Source: a virus
Taxonomy: Duplodnaviria > Heunggongvirae > Uroviricota > Caudoviricetes
IMG/VR virus record: IMGVR_UViG_3300001528_000017
Coordinates: 64,001 to 106,247 of that record
DNA length: 42,247 bases
Direction: 5' to 3' (one strand)
In this document: piece after piece, positions 39,023-42,247 of the stretch
Layout: every line of letters starts with the position of its first letter
Position numbering within the stretch: the stretch's first letter is position 1
Translations under genes and position numbers: made by a program
The notes under the pieces: model-generated
Told to the model about the DNA's origin: nothing
The model's input: only the letters and a program-made list of their open reading frames with translations
Databases searched by the model: none

Positions 39023-39056
39023 TGCAAAGGTAAGCATTTTACTTCACACACGCAAG
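39023..39056 (-). promoter_or_regulatory. Bacteroidetes primary-sigma promoter P4 for the RNAP operon
   Basis: On the - strand, TACCTTTG at 39032-39025 and CTTG at 39056-39053, with a 20-nt spacer. Confidence 0.85.
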
Positions 39057-39104
39057 GGTTTAAGAACAAAATTTAGGGTCTTTAACTTATTTAGTTATTT
39101 ACAA

Positions 39105-39141
39105 GAGAAAAAGTAAGGGAAGGCATTTGCCCTCCCTTACT
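39105..39141 (-). terminator. Intrinsic terminator closing the - strand small-gene cluster
   Basis: - strand AGTAAGGGAGGGC AAAT GCCTTCCCTTACT TTTTCTC: 13-bp stem with one G-U, then a U tract, 17 nt after the stop of 39159-39785. Confidence 0.85.
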
Positions 39142-39158
39142 AAATCACTTAAAACAGC

Positions 39159-39785
39159 CTACTTTACGATGTACTTGACACCATTATAGATAAGCTGCTC
39201 AATGGTATTGATGTTGACGAGCCTTTCACCAGTCTCCTTTGAGGTTCTCTCAATGTCCATATCAAGGCATCTATACTTGCCATCCCTTGATACAAACTGA
39301 AGCTTGAAGCCTCTGAGAACCCTCTCTTCACCCTCAACATAGTCCAAGATAGGATTATCCTGAATGTACTCAAGGGCAGTCTTGTAGGCAACAGCCATAG
39401 ACTTCTTCTGCTTCTTAGCCTTGTCAATGAGTTCAATAGCCTTTTCTCTCTGGGCTTCTCTCTCCTCATTGATTTGCTTCTTAGTCTTAGGCTTGTCCTG
39501 CTTCTTGAAGACAACTGTGAACACTTCTGAGGACTTGATAGACTCAAAGATGGTTCTGATACCAGGAGTACCATCCTTCTTGTCTTCTCTAGTAACCTCT
39601 TTTGTCTCATGGAACTGGTCAGAAGTATTGAGCAAGCCCTGAACATAGCTAATGCTCAACTTAACCTCCTTACCACTCTCAAGGTGAATGAATACAATAG
39701 AGTCCTTACCAATAGACTTTACAGTGTAATGGGACTCCTCAGAGAATACATCACCCACCTGAATTTCTGATACATTTACTTTCAT
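39159..39785 (-). CDS. Hypothetical protein, 208 aa
   Basis: Clean ORF with A-rich leader, K/E-rich middle and beta-rich ends (VFTVVFKK, RLVNINTIEQLIYNGVKY). No family I can name confidently. Confidence 0.75.
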   Translation of the reverse strand: MKVNVSEIQVGDVFSEESHYTVKSIGKDSIVFIHLESGKEVKLSISYVQGLLNTSDQFHETKEVTREDKKDGTPGIRTIFESIKSSEVFTVVFKKQDKPKTKKQINEEREAQREKAIELIDKAKKQKKSMAVAYKTALEYIQDNPILDYVEGEERVLRGFKLQFVSRDGKYRCLDMDIERTSKETGERLVNINTIEQLIYNGVKYIVK

Positions 39786-39797
39786 TGTTTTTTTTTT

Positions 39798-40568
39798 TTA
39801 GGAAACAACTTCTTTCTCGTACTTCGCGTAAACAGCACTCATTTCAACGTCATCCTTGAATGAGTCCATAGTAGCATAGAATGCACCTCTTGTTCTTTCA
39901 CCACCTCTAGCAAGAGAAGCAGCTTCAACAAGATGAGTGGTATTCTCACTCTTAGAGAATGGTACACTTACACCATTAGTCATTTCTGACAGCTTAACAA
40001 GCCATGCCAAACTTCTAATCTGCATAGTGTCCCACTTAATACCTTGGTCAGCAGACTTTCTAGCCTCAACCTTCCAGTCTATCTGTGACTTCTCTATCCT
40101 ACCACTGTAGGAATACCCAACAGAATGTGGGTTAGCATCTGCTATGAGAAGAACAGACTTAGTGGCATCCTTCCTCCAATCAGTTTCTTCAGTGATTTTC
40201 TTGATAACAAGCTCATAGAACTCATCACTATCACCTCCACTAGTGTTCTTTGCACCCTTAACAAAGTCAATAATCTTGTCCTTGTTATTGGTCAAAGGAA
40301 GAACCTGATAAGCTGCACCAAAGACACCTTTGGCTTTCATGTCACAATAGTCACCAAAGGCAACCACACCAATCCTCATATCAGGATTAGCATCAAGCAG
40401 CTTAGGAACAAGCTCAGTTACATGCTTCTTTACATCACCAATGTAAGAAGACATAGAGCCAGTAGTGTCAAATGCAATTACCATGTCAAGCTTACCATCT
40501 GAGGTAGCTTCAACCTTAGGCTTGCTCTCAACTACAGGCTCCTTGGGCTTAATCAAATTTGTTCTCAT
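39798..40568 (-). CDS. von Willebrand factor A (vWA) domain protein
   Basis: LDMVIAFDTTGSMSSYI (MIDAS-like DxTxS), RIGVVAFGDY, GGDSDEFYE and VLLIADANPH. Confidence 0.85.
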   Translation of the reverse strand: MRTNLIKPKEPVVESKPKVEATSDGKLDMVIAFDTTGSMSSYIGDVKKHVTELVPKLLDANPDMRIGVVAFGDYCDMKAKGVFGAAYQVLPLTNNKDKIIDFVKGAKNTSGGDSDEFYELVIKKITEETDWRKDATKSVLLIADANPHSVGYSYSGRIEKSQIDWKVEARKSADQGIKWDTMQIRSLAWLVKLSEMTNGVSVPFSKSENTTHLVEAASLARGGERTRGAFYATMDSFKDDVEMSAVYAKYEKEVVS

Positions 40569-40801
40569 ACGTTTAACAACTTACTTAGGTTATCAGCAAA
40601 GTTCTTAGTCTCCTGATGGGTCTTCTTAATCTGTGCATTCCTGTCTTGCAGAGCATTGATTTTCTCCACATTGGAATCCATTTCCTCCTCCATTTTAGCC
40701 ATAAGCTTCTCTGCCTTGCTAATAGCCTTATGGAATACACCCATTACAGAGGCAAGCCCTTTGTTGTAGTCCTTCTTCCAAAATAGAAACAGCTTAAACA
40801 T
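40565..40801 (-). CDS. Small coiled-coil hypothetical protein, 78 aa
   Basis: Heptad-like AEKLMAKMEEEMDSNVEKINALQDRN; ATGA overlap with the vWA gene. Confidence 0.7.
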   Translation of the reverse strand: MFKLFLFWKKDYNKGLASVMGVFHKAISKAEKLMAKMEEEMDSNVEKINALQDRNAQIKKTHQETKNFADNLSKLLNV

Positions 40802-40862
40802 GTTTTTTTTTTTGGGTTAATACTATGTCACTTTGTGACTTTCTTCATTTCTTCTTTCTTGT

Positions 40863-41159
40863 CTAGAAGGTGTTGTAGAGGGACTTGGCTTTCTCAATAC
40901 ACCTATCCAAGATGAACTCCTTTGGGAATCCTTCATAGACTTCTTTGATTTCCAAGTCAGACACATACCACCTTCTTACTTCTACTCTACCCCAAGAATC
41001 AAGCACATAAATGTACTTTTCATATAGGTCTCCTTCAGGGTTAAGTTTAGGGTCTCTACCTAATACTTCCCATAGTTTCCAGTCTCCCTCACGAGTTATT
41101 TCAGTGAGGACTTGACCTACCTTGAGGTCTTTCAGTGTGTACAGTCTTTTAGCTTCCAT
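40863..41159 (-). CDS. Hypothetical protein, 98 aa
   Basis: Fills the gap in the co-oriented cluster; starts 1 nt after the TAG of the upstream 44-aa ORF. Confidence 0.7.
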   Translation of the reverse strand: MEAKRLYTLKDLKVGQVLTEITREGDWKLWEVLGRDPKLNPEGDLYEKYIYVLDSWGRVEVRRWYVSDLEIKEVYEGFPKEFILDRCIEKAKSLYNTF

Positions 41160-41160
41160 A

Positions 41161-41295
41161 CTATCTAAGTTTCTTTAAGACAGCTTCACAAGCATTGTTC
41201 AACTGCTCACAGTAACCTTTATGCCATTGCATATCATAGTCATCACCTTCAGACTTGATACTAGATGCTATGGATTTGACTCTCATAGCAAACAT
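41161..41295 (-). CDS. Small ORF missing from the ORF track, 44 aa
   Basis: Hand translation MFAMRVKSIASSIKSEGDDYDMQWHKGYCEQLNNACEAVLKKLR*; fills the gap between thyX and the 98-aa gene (TAG-T-ATG junction). Confidence 0.65.
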   Translation of the reverse strand: MFAMRVKSIASSIKSEGDDYDMQWHKGYCEQLNNACEAVLKKLR

Positions 41296-41305
41296 AATGG
41301 TCTCT

Positions 41306-42238
41306 CTAATCTTTTCCTTCTGTGTCATCTTTATCGAATTTAGTAGGGCAAGCCATGATGTTATCCCACAGACCAGCCTTCATAAACTCACTCCTTGCCT
41401 TACTAGCCAGAAGCCCCATATCTGGATGAGGCTTACCTGTTTCACCATAGAACCTAAGGTCAAAGAAGAACCTCCAGTCACTGGCAAAACCAGTCATACA
41501 GATTTCAGTCTTGAGGGCATTAGGTAACACTTGCCTTGCCTGTTGTGGGGTACAACCTTTAGCTAACAAAGCAAAGTAACCATCCTCAGTCTTTTGCAGG
41601 GTGTGCAACAGCTCATCCCAATCTGTTTCATCATAGTTGGGACACCAAGAAGGAATGATAAAGGTTATCTCCTTGCCAAACTTGTCCTTGCTGTAGTTAC
41701 AGTACCTAGTACTTTCCTGAGCAAAGGAGAATACTCTGTGCCTAACAAGCTCATGTGATACACCTCTGTCAGTGATAAACTTCATGGTGTACCTCTTCTC
41801 ATGGTACTGAGTAGGCTCACAGATGTACTTGAGGTCTTCCAACCAGTCATTTTCTACAAGAACCCTAAGGTTAGTAGTTACTGCAAGGTAAGGAACCATG
41901 TTGGCAGAGGTAGTGTCATGTGCCATAGTAGGAGTATCCAAGAACTCATACATTTCATGTGTCCTTGAGTAAGGGTTCTCAATATACTTACTGCACAGAC
42001 CTATGTGAGTAAGTCTATGCAACCAATTGTAAGGTATCTTGAGATACACTGTACCTTGTTCTAGCATGGCAGTGTGATTGGATTTAATCATCCGTTCAAC
42101 AAAGCCTTTAGCACTGTCCTCTGTTATCTTGTCTTCTGACTTGTAACAGGTTCTCCCACAGAACTCAATCTGCTTGTAAACTCCTTCAAGACCTTCTTGC
42201 TGGAGTACCAATTCTGCTTTTGATTCAATTAGTTTCAT
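41306..42238 (-). CDS. thyX: Flavin-dependent thymidylate synthase
   Basis: ThyX signature RHR-x7-S-x-R (SHELVRHRVFSFAQESTRYCNY), GRTCYKS and QARQVLPNALKTEI. Confidence 0.95.
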   Translation of the reverse strand: MKLIESKAELVLQQEGLEGVYKQIEFCGRTCYKSEDKITEDSAKGFVERMIKSNHTAMLEQGTVYLKIPYNWLHRLTHIGLCSKYIENPYSRTHEMYEFLDTPTMAHDTTSANMVPYLAVTTNLRVLVENDWLEDLKYICEPTQYHEKRYTMKFITDRGVSHELVRHRVFSFAQESTRYCNYSKDKFGKEITFIIPSWCPNYDETDWDELLHTLQKTEDGYFALLAKGCTPQQARQVLPNALKTEICMTGFASDWRFFFDLRFYGETGKPHPDMGLLASKARSEFMKAGLWDNIMACPTKFDKDDTEGKD

Positions 42239-42247
42239 TTTTTTTTT

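Noticed and set aside
39083-39097. TAACT-N5-AGTTA inverted repeat upstream of P4
   Set aside because: Five AT-rich base pairs in an AT-rich spacer; indistinguishable from chance.
39164-39646. 160-aa same-strand ORF overlapping the 208-aa gene
   Set aside because: Ser/Arg/Leu-rich composition typical of an off-frame read; no leader or motif.
1-42247. Stop-codon reassignment (TAG or TGA recoding)
   Set aside because: Late genes, including 4-8 kb ORFs, are intact in the standard code, and read-through of the TAG stops I tested (thyX, 98-aa gene) gives only short extensions.

Overview
A 42-kb segment of a crAss-like bacteriophage (Crassvirales) genome. The major capsid protein resembles that of phi-crAss001 as I recall it, so Steigviridae is likely; this is recalled similarity, not a search result. 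The + strand (1-26762) carries the late module: end of an endolysin amidase, putative scaffold, major capsid protein, three tandem tail ring paralogs, auxiliary capsid protein, two tail hub proteins, two further ring proteins, an HU/IHF-like protein, the muzzle and three ejected cargo proteins. A convergent - strand unit (38985-26808) encodes the 2733-aa virion RNA polymerase (DFDVD motif, N-terminal PD-(D/E)xK domain) and a 1322-aa partner. A small - strand cluster (42238-39159) holds thyX, a vWA protein and hypotheticals. The standard genetic code gives intact long ORFs. Main observations: lone terminal cysteines that could link the giant cargo proteins head-to-tail; four identical host-type promoter cores whose -7 element lies in an inverted repeat; a G10 tract that changes a ring protein C-terminus; TAA versus TAG stop partitioning; poly(A) leaders; and CG and GATC avoidance. 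I saw no tRNA, rRNA, CRISPR array or mobile element.
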